64,000 nt of DNA, taken from assembly GCA_036172245.1 (NCBI GenBank), contig JAYWIR010000011.1:2480001-2544000 (forward strand), in the 5' to 3' direction. A model generated the notes under the pieces. The model saw only the letters and a program-made list of their open reading frames with translations, did not search any database and was not told the origin of the DNA. Both the position numbers and the translations under genes were made by a program. This document shows positions 13,301 through 25,570 of the stretch, in pieces. Source of the DNA: Raillietiella orientalis. Lineage: Eukaryota. How positions within the stretch are numbered: position 1 is the first letter of the stretch; each line of letters opens with the position of its first letter.

Positions 13301-16300
13301 CGAGGGGAGGCGAAGGTCAGGTCCGCCCCCTAAGGTGCTCCCCGCAGCAAATTCTCAGATCATCCGGAAGCGGACCGCCCTCTTCCGCCCCTTCCGCGCC
13401 GGGGAGGCGCAGAAGCCGATCTGCTGAGGGAGGAAGAGCGAGGGGGAGACTGAGATGGACCTTCTCGTCGCTTCCGGCGCTCTCCGCCCCCTCCGGACGA
13501 CTCCTCTCCCGCCTTTCCTCCGGCGACGGGACCCGAACTCGGTGCCTTCGCCTCAGGGCATCCGGAGCACCGGAGGAACTCTCGCTGGTCCAGCATCCGG
13601 AGCGGCAGGTCCGGGTCTCCCCGGTCGAGGTCGCGGAGACGAGGGGCGGGGTCCCTTCGGGGTTAACCGCGGATCCCCTGGGATAGCCCTTCTCTCCAGT
13701 AATTCTGTTGGAGTCCCTCTGGAGCTTCTCCCCGGAGAGAGGACAGGCAGCTCCTCTCCTCCTCCTTCCCCTCTGTAGGGACTCCCTCAAAGACTCCTCC
13801 CGACGGGTAGGCGTCGCCTGGATGCCTTCGCGCCACCCCAGCCGCCGTCTTCCCGGAGAGGGTGGCGCAATCCAGCTGGAGGGGGTGAGAGCCACGTCGA
13901 ATCCGGGGGATGATGCCGGTGGGCCAAATGCCTTCCTCGGCGCCCTGCGAGGGCGACCACGGAAGAGAAGGGGGGGGGGAGCGAGGGAGCGGCAAGCTCC
14001 GATCTCTGCGAAGGCGCATCCGAGGACGGATACATGACGTCATGCACAGCGCACGCCTCCCTCCCCCTCCTGTTCCCTCCAAATGAAGAGGTAACCGGTG
14101 GACGTCTCGTAGGCAGGGACGGGGTGAGCTGCGAGGAGCGACGCTCGGCCGAGGCAAGTCCAGGATCTGGAGCACCCGGAGGCGTCGTCCGGGAAAGGGG
14201 AAGAGTCACTGAGAGTGTGCCGGTGGCGGTCTCATGCCTCGGCCGTCGCCTCCCCGGTCGCAAAGCGATCTGGACCCCGGCGGAAGGACGGGCGTGATGG
14301 TTACCTGCCTGCCCTCAGCCCGCGCACCCGGAGGCTGCTCCACGCGCCTTCCGCGACGAAAGACGCGTCGAAAGACGACGACTCGCCACCATCCTCCCCG
14401 GCATTTCCAAGACGACCAGCCCGCCGCGCCGCTTCCTTTGCGGGATGAGAGAAGGAAGGGAAGGGTGGGATAGTGAAGCGGCACTAGGCGAAGGCATGCT
14501 GCTGTCCCGCGCTGGGCGCCGATACTCCTCCCTGGCTCCATGTGGCGAGCCGCGGTCGCAGCATCCCGGAGACGGGCGCCCACACGCCCTCCCCCTCTCC
14601 TGTCTCGAGGGGCATCTGGGCCTCTCCCTGAACCTCGCGGGGCTCGGATAAGAAGGAGGAGGGGGCAACCCAGCACTCGCCCCCTTTGGGGATTGCATTT
14701 GGGCTGAGGGCGTGGCCGAGGAGATAGGAACAGGTGGAGGGGTCTCGTTGAGCTAGGGAAGCCCGGAGACCTCTCCCTCCTTCCGGGAACCTTGGACGGG
14801 GATTTCCATGGGACCGGCCCTTCTCTCTATCGGCAGTCCTCCGAGGCTCGTGGACCGGGGCGCGGGGGCGAGGCCACGAGGAAAGCGGAGGGAGCGGGAC
14901 AGGACCTCCAGGAGTAGACGCCCGCCTGGACAGCAGCCTACCGGACCCGCTTCAAGGAGGCCACGCGTGCTTCCCCGGCACCTCTGGTGAGGAGCGCGTG
15001 AACCGACTTGCCCAGCCCCCCAAGGGACGGCCGAAGAGATCGGACCCTCCGGCGGGCGGTGCAGCAAGGGTCGTTTTCATCCCGAGGCGGCGTCTTCGGG
15101 TGCGCGCCATCTCGACGCCCGACTGGAGCCTCAAGAGCCAAAAAAAGGCCGCCAATCTCTCTTGCCTTTGGCATCTTGCGCGGCCAAGCGGTGGGGTCAG
15201 GTCGGGGTGGGAGAGAGAGGGTTTCCGGGAAGGCCTTGGCCTGCGGCGGGAAACTTTTCCACCGTTCCCCCTATCCCTTCCCTTCCCTAAGCGCTTCACT
15301 CTTCGCCCGCCTTCTGTCGCTGCGTCGCTTCGCAGCCTCCTTGTCCTCCTCCCTTTCCTCCCCTCTTCTTCCTTTTCCTTTCCTTCTCCTCGTTGAACGA
15401 GCGGCACCTCCTGGGCGGTGGCGCGGCGAGCACGGGATGGAGAGTAAGGGGGGGGAAGGTCGCGCGGGCCGGGGTTTCCGGGGAGGTGATGTCGCACGTC
15501 TTTCGGACGCCTCTCGCGTGCCCCCTTCCCGTCGGCCGGCCCGCGCCTCGGCCCCTGCCGGAGGGAGGAAGAGGGGAGCTAGGGAAAGCGGATGCCGCCC
15601 CTTCCGCTCCCGCCCGCCAGGGGAACAGCGGAGAGTGCGGTTCACTGCCGCGCGTCCACCTCGCCGAGGTGGAGTCGCTTCGGCCGAGTTGCCGCGCGAC
15701 CCGAGTGCCCGGGACGCGCGGTAACCCCCCTTCCCTTCCACTGCGATGGCGCGCGCGCGTCTCGCCCTCCCCTCTTGCTTGTGCGCAAGCGCGGCGACGC
15801 AGCCCGAGTCGCGTCACCGCCCGAGAGCACCGACGTGCGCTGAGGGAGTACGTGCGTATGGTGCGCGCTGTTGCGTGCGAAGTTCGCGCTTCGCTCGCGC
15901 GCGCAGGCGCCGCTTGCACCATACCCGTATCGCTCGTGCGCACGCGTCGGCGTCGACCCGCGAACGTCAGCCTGTCTGCCCGCCTGCCGCTTCGGCAAAC
16001 GCAGTGCGCGCACGCACGCACATCCGCGTATGTTTGAGTGCAGTAGGCGTGCGCGTACGCGCACGCGGCACGTGTGTCTGCGCGCGCGCGCGCGCGCGCA
16101 TGAGTGCCTTCCCCTCCTCCTCCTCCCCCTTCGCCCCGCGCGCGCGAACGAGGCCCGACTTCCTGTCCCGCGTCTGGCGCGCCGGCCACCTCCGTCCATG
16201 GAAAAGCCCCGCCGGATCCATTCTCACGCCCCGCAGCATCCTAAAGACGCGAAAATCCTTGAACTTCACAGCGAGAACGCGCGCGTCGCGAGCTCCTCCG

Positions 16301-17349
16301 CGCCGCGCGGCGGCGACCACAACCGGAGTCTTTCCCACGCGTTCCCCGCAGCGCCGCCCTGAGGAGGGAGAGAGCAGTGCTCGGGCGCCGCCGGCAGCCC
16401 CCCGCGTCTTCCGTCCGCAATGGCACCCTGCCGGAGGCGGGAGGGGAGGGGCGAAGGTGCCACCGAGGACGGAAGGCGCGGTGACCCGCGGAGAACCGGC
16501 GGCATCTCGTCAGTGCGACGCGCCGCCGTCTCCCGCGCGTCCCGGGAGGCGGACGACGACGCGAGACGCGTGCGGGCGCGTGGCGGCGAGGAACGCCCGC
16601 CCCACCGCCGAGGGAGCGCGCGCGCAACCCGCCATCCTATCGTTGGGCGCAGCGGAAGGCGCAAAAAAAGAAGAATGAAACAAAATAAAGGGGGGAGGGG
16701 GGGGAGGAGGAGGAGAGGTCAGCTGGATGACCGACGGGCCTTCCGCCGCTGGTCGCAAGTTGCGCGGAAGGCGGCAGGCGTCCAGAGGCGCCAGGGTCTC
16801 CTCGTCGTCCCCGGCTCCTCATCCGACGGACGGAGCAATCTTTTGACGGATCTCGCTCCTCCGCGTCCCTCCCCCCTCCTCCCGAAACCATGGAGATTTA
16901 AGCTTCCCGCAAATTTACGATGACAGGTAAAAGCAGTTGCGGCGCGCGCGTTTCCGCACTCTCCTCCGTGCCTCGCAATCCAGTTGATCGCATTTCCGGC
17001 AGAGGTGGGAGAACCGCGCTGTCACGGCAGCAGCGTTTCGCCTTTTTTTTTTTTTTTTCTTTTTTTTTTTTCCTTCTTTCCTTTTGCCTCCGAGCGGAAA
17101 CGCCGTTTCCCCGAACATGTGCGGAAAAAACGGTGCGTTTTTTTTTCCCCCTTTGCTTTCCGTTCTTTCTCTTCACCGCAGAATCCGATCCCAAAACACG
17201 CGCGCGCGCGCGCGACCGTAAAAATAAAAAAAAAAAGGGGGGGGGGCGTGGGGTGGAGGGGAACGAGGGGGAAGGAAAGAGCGAAAAGACGGACGGGGTT
17301 TTTTCCAGAAAACGAGGGAAAACAACGCAGGGTGCCGCTGGTGGAGGCG

Positions 17350-17357
17350 TATAAATA
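17350..17357 (+). promoter_or_regulatory. Candidate TATA box (TATAAATA) in a CpG-island-like region
   Basis: Consensus TATA in GC-rich DNA, flanked by poly(dA:dT) and (CG)n tracts. No known gene is assigned to it. Confidence 0.4.
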
Positions 17358-20300
17358 GAGCGGCCCGGGAAGCGCGCGCGCGCGCGCCGATCGCGTATTC
17401 TGCGTGGACCACCGCGCGACACGCGATCCGTCGGTCTTCCCGTCCACGCCGCACTTCCGTTCACGGCGCTCCGCCCTTCCCCCCCCCCCCTCTTCCCGCC
17501 CGCCCTTCCTGGCGCGCGCGCGCGCGCCTGCCGCGCCGCACCCGCAGGAAAGTCGTCATCCCGAACGGCGGCGGCGGAAAGGAAAGAAAACCGGGGGGAG
17601 GGTGGGGGGCGAAAGGGAGGGAAGAAGGAAAAAAAGCAAAACGTAAACGCAGGGAAGGAGGGCGAACGCAACGGGCATGGGAACGCGAGAAATCCGAGGA
17701 CGCAGAACGCCACACGCTCGCTACCCCCGCGACGGCGCAGTTCGCGTCGGAGGGGGGAGGCGGGGGGGGGAGGGAGGAAGGAAACCAAGATGGACGCCGA
17801 GCGCGGCGGCGGAGGAGGAGGAAACAAGATGGACTCCCAACAATCGGCAGCGGACTTTCCCGCGGCGATTGCACAACGCGCGAGCGCGCGTATCCTTCAA
17901 CTCGCGTGCGCGCCCCTCCCCTTTATCTGCTCGTCGCCGTACGTGTGGTCAGTTTTGATTTCCCACGTTTCCGCCGTGGACAGATTCCAGCTTCCGGAAC
18001 GGTAAGGGCTCGTCGTCACAGCTCCACCCGGCGCGCGTTTTATCTGCGATCGCATGACAACAGCCCGTTGCTGTCAAAGCGTTGCTCGTTTTTTCCTCCG
18101 GGCCGGAGTCCCCCCCCCCCGCCGGCTCGCGAAAAAAGCGACGGTTCGCACCTCCGCGCATGCGCGCTCCGCCGCCGCCGCCATTTCGCGTCCAGCGCGT
18201 CGTTGCCACGCGTTCCGGGCCGGCCCCCGCGGGGGGCTGCCCCGTGAACGGGGGGGAGGCAGGGAAGTCCGTGCAACCGGAACGGTGGAACGAGGATGCA
18301 CGCACCCCGGGGATTCGCGTACAATGAACCGGAAAACGAGGGAGTACCCGTCGCCGCTCCCGGCTCGGAGGAGGAGAACGAACGGTTTTTTTTTTATTTT
18401 TGTTTTTTTTTAGGAACTCCCTGGAAAGCAGATGGATCGCCGGCGGCAGCGTCAGGGATCGCGTCCTTGGGATGCCTGCAAAGAGGAAGGGGAGAAACTC
18501 CCACCTTCTCCCCCACGCGGCTTTCTCCCGACGTGCCTTCGGACGGAGGGAGGCGCGCCACTTCCTGGGAGACAGGATGCTGGGCTCCGAAGAACAAAAA
18601 AATGACGCGGATGTCCCGGCCAAGGGAAGACAAGCGGAGGAGGCGCACCAGAAGCAGTGCTGCCGCCGAGCCTGATCAGCTGGTTGGCTCCAAGCGGTGG
18701 CTCGCTTTCCCGACAGCCCGGCCGTCGCCACCGTGCGCGGGGATCCCGGCAGGAGGCGCCATCGCGACGGGGAGGAGGGGGGCAGCGCGCGCTCCCCGTT
18801 CCCAGCGTCCGCACGCGTCCTCTTCGTCGAAGGCGACCCTTGGACGGAGGGGACCGCGGGCGGAATGCGCGGACCTCGGGTGCTGCGACTCTCCTTCCCT
18901 GCGGACGCGCGCCCGGCTTCTTCCAGGGTCCCCACGGAGTCATTGTGGGCGGCGTCCTCGCACACACTCGTTCCCTCCAGCGGCGCCGGGCACCCGGAGC
19001 TGTTCGCCAAGGGCTCCACCCCTCCGTCTCAACCAGCCCCTGACACCTCTGCAGAAGGGGCTCTCCGCCCTCTTCCTTGCCCGCATGAGCGCTCGGGAAC
19101 CCTCGCGAGCGGTGACTTTGCGGTCCCCTCCCCCTTCCATTGGGGGGGGGGGGGGACTGCAAAGTTCCCGCTCCCCTTTCGTGTGGGGTCCGCTCGCCCC
19201 TCTTCCCGGAATCCAGCGCTTCACTCCTCCCCATTTCCTCCATTTCCTTCCCCCGTCCCGGATCCCGCGCCAGGAGCGAGCTGTTCGTCAGGAGCTTCCC
19301 CTCCCCTCCCTCGATCTTCCCGTTTCGAGCGGCCCGTCTCGGAGGACAGGGGACGCTCCCCCTCCTCGTGCCCATGCTCCCGAGTTGTGCTTCCCGCGTG
19401 ACAAGATGCATGCGAGCCTGCGGCCGTCTACCTGACCCTCCGTCCCCCTAAGGGCAGCGTCATGGTCGCCAACCCTATGGGCAGCACGGGACGGAGCCGA
19501 CCCCGGGCGCCCGGGTCCACAGACAGCGTTGCGGGGGACGAAGCGGCGCACCGTGTGGTCCACGTAGCTCCCTCCAGGGGTCATGGCGCTCAAATTCTCC
19601 CTCCCCGGCCAGGAGCGAAGGGACCAGCCAGTACCCTCGCCACACGCAGGGACGCCCGCCCCTCCGCCTCTCAGATGGCGCCGCGATCCGCCCGCGGCAG
19701 ATGCGGTCGCACCGGAAGCTCTCTCTGGTCTCCTCCTCGTGGAGGGCCGTGGCCCGTCCGCTGTGGAAGAGCCCCTTCGCGGCTCGACAAGAAGCGGACG
19801 GGCAGCGACACGGCGGACGAAACCCGGAACGGGCGGGCGTGCCCGAACAGTCACCAACCAGCCGCGCATCGGGTCGCCTCGAGCACCAGCAGGCGCCTGG
19901 CCCGACCGCGGCAGCGGAGAAGGCGCGGGGCGCCATCACCACCCGAACGGGGGCATCGTGGCGCGCGCCGGCGCGTAGGAAAGTCGTCCGCCCTCTCGTC
20001 GCGCGCCTCGAGCGACCGGCAAGTCGAGCGACCGCGCCCTCGCAAAGGCCCCGCCGCTCGCGGGCGACCCTTGCAGCATCGCAACAGACCCGGTGCGCGC
20101 GAGGCGGGTGCACGCCCCCTGGGCGCGAAGCGATCGCCAGGGCGGCATGCCCGCCAGAACTGCCGCTTCTCTCCCCTGCGACGGCAGAGACAACTTCGAA
20201 GCTCCTCCGCGCCTTCCGCTGTCTGGGAGCGGAGGAGGATCGCGCGCTCCGCGGAAGGGCCTGGACCCCTTCTTCGTGGGCTCGCGCATCTTCGCTTCGT

Positions 20301-23300
20301 CCTGGAGCCGCGGGAACGCCCCCTCCGTAAACATCCGGAACGAAAGAAACGAGAGGTGGCTGCTGGAACGGATGGCCGACCGGCGTCCTCCCCCTTCCTT
20401 CCCTGCGTCCGTTGCGCAGGCGTGAGCCGCTCCGGGTGGGATGCCGAGCGTCCCGCAACGGTGGCTCGACCGGATGCTCCCACTGGACGCTCACGGGTTC
20501 CCCCATTGCCTTCCTGCCGCCGCTCCAGGCCGGAGGACGGAGCGCCGCCCTCCTCGCCTCGCCCTAGACGGCACTTCGGAGAAACCACGTCCTTCCTCCT
20601 CCTCCCCATCCTCACAGACGAAGTGGTGATCCCCCTTGGCGCCACGGCCCGACCATTTCGGAAGCTGCCGCCCGGTGGTCACGAGCGTAGGGCGGGGCGG
20701 CTAGACCGGCTGATCACGGTTTTCCTCCTCGACCTCCTAACATCTGCACGCGGGACCCGGAAAACCCGGGGGAGCCGGCGATCGGAGATGCCCGACGCCT
20801 CCCCCTCGCACCAGAGCGCGCTACCTCCGGGGATGGCGCCGCTTCCCGCCTACGGGACCCCTCGCGGGCAGACTCCGCTCCCCGAGAAGACGTCCCGGAA
20901 ACGGAAAGTGAACCGAAGGAATGCTCCCTCCGAGGGGATGCGAGCCCTCGGATGCGCGGCGGAACGGAGGGGAGCACTCGCGTCGTCCAACGCCCGGCCC
21001 CCAAGGGGGCGCCTGCACAAGGGGGCGCGCGGTTTGCAAGCGGGCCGGCGGGTCCGTCCCCAGTCGGGTTCGACAGCGGATGCGCAGGAGGAAGCGCGCC
21101 CGTGTCCGCCCCCCGGACCACCCGGAAGAGAACGCGAGCTCCCCCGTACCCGCGTCGGCGGCGGCCGTGCGGCTTCGCGCGCGTGGCGCCAAGAGTCGCG
21201 GGTTGGATGAATCCTGCCCGGGATGGGAAGGGCCGACGCCGAGAACAGGGTTCGAGAATCGTAGGGTTCTTATCCCCTCTCCCCCCACCCAGCAGGACGA
21301 CTCTGGCTGGCCTCTGCAGGTGCAGCGCTGGTGGACGCAGGAATCCGGGTGCCCCCACTGACTGTCCGGGATTGGAAGGTGACCCCCACGGTGGTCCTTC
21401 CACTAACCAAGGAGCCGGTTCCCTTTGAGATTCCCCTTCTCCAGTTGTGAAAATGGAGCCGTCCCCCACCTGCCTTCGGGGGAGATCATCCATCGCGTAC
21501 CACGGAGCGGGTTGACACCTCCCTTGGGGGGTTGGCTGCCTCTCCACAGTGCCAGAAGCGCACTGCTCCCTTCGGGTAGAGCCCTCTAGCGAAATTGGGA
21601 AGCGAACTCCCTTCGGGGTTCTCTTCAGAGGAGGGGGAAACCAGGAGCGATCGGTTCCCTCGGGAGCAGAAACGAAGGCTGGCATCCCCCTCTGGTGGAC
21701 TCCTCCGGCGCAAACAAGGAAGAGGATGGTTTCCTTTGGGAGGCACGGAGGACTCCTTTCCTCCGGAGCATTCCTGGATTCTTAGGGGTGTTCTTTAACT
21801 TGAAGAGTCACTACACGCACCCTCGGGTGGTGAGGACGGCGTCAGAGAGCTTCATGAGCCTCCGCTAGGAGGCAAGCGGCTCTTCAGTACTCCTTGAGAA
21901 CCAAAAGAAAGACGAGAACCCCGTTCGACGCGGGCCAACATTTCGCGCCTCTTCCCCCGCCCGCGTCAGCAGAGCGGAGGCGGCAGCGGCACACCGACGG
22001 AGAGCCGATCGGATGAACACCGGGTGGCGCTGCTTCGGGAGTTGCCGCCGCCGCCGCCCGACCCTGAGCGCGGCTCGGGATCCCCTGGACTCCTGGAGAC
22101 CGCTCGGGTCAGCTCCTCGCTCCTCCCCGTCCCATGCTCCGCCGTCCCAACGAGTGCGCGGCCAGAAGAAATGAGGCGGGAGCGTACGGTGACCTCAATG
22201 CCGACGGAGCGAAGACCAAAAGGGTGCTGAAGAAAGGTGGGAGCTTCGGACGCTTCCGGTGAGAGACGATCTGTCCCTGTGTTCCTGCTCTGTCGCCTGT
22301 GTCGGGCGCCTGCGCGCGCCCCGCCGGACGGCGGAGAAGCCGTCCGTTCGTCCCAGCACCGTGCCAGCCGCCTGCGGCGAAGTTCCGCAGAGGCCCGGCT
22401 CCCGGGCTAGCGAGGTAGGCAGCTCGGATCCTCAGCCTCCGGAGGAACAACCAGATGATGCGCGCAGTGGTCGTGAATGCCAAAGGCAGGGACCGTCCGA
22501 AGGGAGGAGAGCGAACATCCGTTCCGTCGCCGTGCGACCTACTCGCGCCAATTCGCGCCCCGACGACCGGATCTCCCGGCGCAGCGGCCAATGAAAGCGG
22601 AACACCGCCGCGCATTGCGCCAGAGGGACCTACAGAAGGACCCCAGAAGCAGGCTCGCTCTTGCATCGCCACAGAGGAAGATCTCAGACGCCGATCCCGC
22701 AGATGGCGACAAGAGAGGAGGTTCCCGCCTTGCTCGCGTGCTCAGGGGAATCCAGGAAGCCGCCGCGCGCCCATCTGCTTAGCATCGCCGAAGTCGCAGA
22801 CGCTCCTGCTCATCCCGGTGACGATCGCGTTCCCGTCGAGCTCCAGCCTACGTCTCGTGACCCGCCGACTCTCTGAATTCCTCCGCGCTATGCTGCCCTA
22901 ACAGCGAGTCCCCAGGGACGCACCAAACCTCGCGCAACAACCAGGGAAGCGGGCGCTACGGTAGCGCCCCCGCCTCAGTGCTTCGCCGGCGTGCCTCGAG
23001 GGTGCTGGGGGCCCATTCGTCAACTCGACGATCCCTGTAGAAGACGGAGAAACGGGGAACCAAGTAGCGCAGGAGGCGAGGATCCACCAGGCCAGTCTTT
23101 GTTGCCTGATAGGCAGAAAGATTCCCTCCACAGGCGTCCGAACCGCCTTCTGGAAGAGAATGCCCTCAACTTTTAGAACTGCTGCCATCGGAGGACTCCA
23201 CTGGGAAAGTGAGCGTCCATCGAGGTCCACTATAGGGTGAGATCCAGCTCCGCGGGAGAGGGACGCCTTCCTCGGTCGCACTGCTCCTCTCCTCGGCAGC

Positions 23301-23630
23301 CAGGACTGCGGGAAGAGCGCCCCCATATTGCTGCTTCTCTTCCGCTGAGCTCAGCGCGGAAGGAGAGTAGTCCTTGAAACGCCGCTCCTCGACAGAGACT
23401 GCATCTTCCATCTCTTGCTCGCTTTCCTCATCGCTCCCGGCGCCCCCCGGGCATAGCGGGCGTCTGCAGACAAGTCCCGGAGCCTGGAAAGCTACTTGCG
23501 GCGGCTTCGCATTGGATCTGCGTGGTTCCCCTCCGGGAGTCAACGCGGAAGCATCAGAGACCCAGAGCGGTGCGACGGTCCCGATGTCTCCTCCGTTTCC
23601 TTGGGAGCGCTCGCAGCGGAACGACGGCAG

Positions 23631-24663
23631 TCCGCGGGGTGGTTCGAAGCCGTCTGCCGGATGACTCCACGCCACGCCACACCTCCGCGGAAGAGCTCTG
23701 TCCTCTGGCGCGCCTGGTGGCTCTCGGACTGGGTCCGCGAGCGCCCGGTGCCGCAGATCGCGCCCGCGCGTTGACCCCCTCCTACACGGGGGAATCCCGC
23801 TGGCCACCTCACGCCCCGTCGTCAGGTGAACGCAGCGGAGACCGCAGGCGGAAAGAGAGAAGGCGGCAGCCGCCTGCAGGCAGCTGGAGAGACCGAGCAA
23901 GGCGGCCACAGTCCGACGCGTGCCTCCTGCATGCGGACGCGGGCGCCCACGCCGCGGTGGCCCCGGGCGGCGTTGAGCTGCCGACGGAAGTTCGTCCGCG
24001 CAGGGAGGGGGAGGGCGCCCACGCTCTCGCTCCGCAACCTGCTCAAGGGGTCCAGTAAGCGAAGCCGAGCAGCAGCAGCAGCGGTGGCGGTGGCGGCATG
24101 CACTGCCGGCGACGAGCATGCGAGCGCCCCCTCGACGACGCGTCGGCAGGCATCGCCGTTTCGAGGTCTCCGCATTCCGGTCCGTCACCCGTGCAAAAGC
24201 CATCCCGGTTGAGCAGCAGCGCATCTGCGACGGACCCGAGTTGCGTGCGGAAGGGGGGTAAAAGCGGCAAAAAGTCCCTCCCTCGGAAGCCCTCAGTTGG
24301 CTCGAGCGGGCTCCGCCGCCGCCGCGGGACGCGACCCCCGATCGGTCGGGTGGGTGGCGGGAATGAACGGGTGCTGGCACTCGCCCGATCGGGCCAAGCG
24401 GGAGGCACGACGTCTCGTGGCGGGGAAGGTGGCGCGAGAGCCGCCTCCAGGCAAGTCCTGCCGGCCGGCCGCGCTCAAAGGCGCGGGAGCGCTCCCGTCG
24501 GGGCGGGCGGCGACTGCCTGTCGCTCCCCGCGGAAATGGGTCTCCGAGGAAGCGGAGGAGAGGACGACTGCTAACCCGCGACGTCTCCCGGGACGGGTGT
24601 GGTGGTTCCGGCATTCGCGGAATATCTTTTGAGCGGAATCAGAGTGGAAGGAGCGCGGGACCT
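23631..24663 (+). repeat. Copy 1 of a ~1033-bp near-identical dispersed direct repeat
   Basis: Matches 45205-46237 (offset 21574). The only difference seen is C24156/T45730, and the ORF translations of the two copies differ only there. Confidence 0.95.
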
Positions 24664-24989
24664 TAGCGGGTCTTTGGCTGCGGCGGGCTGCCTCTCCCCC
24701 CCCTTGCTTTTTCTCTCTCCCCCTCTCTCGTACTTCGCATCCGTGTTTTCTGGAGGCTGCTGTTGAATAAGTAAGGAACGTCCCTCTTGTGTGCCGTTCT
24801 CCTTCCTTCCTCCCCTTTTTCTCTTGACTTTCCGCCTTGCTGAGTGAGTGCTTCCTACTGACATCACTACTGGATCAGAGGGCTACTCCCTTCGCCCATG
24901 ACCGTGCGGCCGCCATCTTGCATGCTTTCTGAAGCGTCTCCTGCGGGGAACGAAATCACTGGCGCGCAAGTGAAACGGCGGCGCTATCG

Positions 24990-25570
24990 AATGCGGTCTT
25001 TCGGATGGGAAGATGGAGACGCAGGGCAAGGTGGCCTGGCGAGGGCCAAGATGAGGTGGGCTTCGGCCCTCTGCAGCGGTGTTCATTGCACTCCAGTAAG
25101 AGGGACGACTTTGTTTTGGTCGTTGGATTTTCTGGTGGAGATGCCTTCGGCCCGAGTTTTTCCCTTTCCGGAAGGCAGGAGCATCCGGCCTCTCCCTTGT
25201 TGACTCGAGGGGAAGCCGAGGCAACTTCCGTCCGGGACGGCCTTTCTGCGTTGACTTCTTTCTGCGAACAGATCCACCGTACCCAAAGAGCGGCGGTTCC
25301 GATCTGGTTCGGTGGCTGCTGTCTCTCCCTCTCCCCCTTCCTCCCCCTCCATCGGGATCGAAGAAGTCTGCTGGACAACTTCCAAAAGGAGCCGCAGCGG
25401 CGACCGTGGAGATGCGGGGAAACCTGAAGTCAGAATTCGCTCAGCTCTTTTACACGCTCGTTCTGACCGGGACTGGGATAACGGGATTTCCGATGCCTTC
25501 CTCTTCCTGCTTTCCCCGACCCTTTCGCACGCGTGGATTCCCGTTCCCGAAAGACGGCAAGAATCTGCAC
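24990..25570 (+). mobile_element. Putative decayed L1-like RT fossil
   Basis: GPSFSLSGRQEHPASPLL resembles SxxFxLxRGxRQGCPLSPLL, and FPKDGKNL downstream resembles LPKxxGGL. Confidence 0.35.

Noticed and set aside
15700..18400. Possible E(spl)/Bearded-family gene suggested by Su(H) sites, TATA and GTCTTCC (GY-box) words
   Set aside because: No bHLH-Orange-WRPW or Bearded-type ORF seen, and no paired inverted Su(H) site
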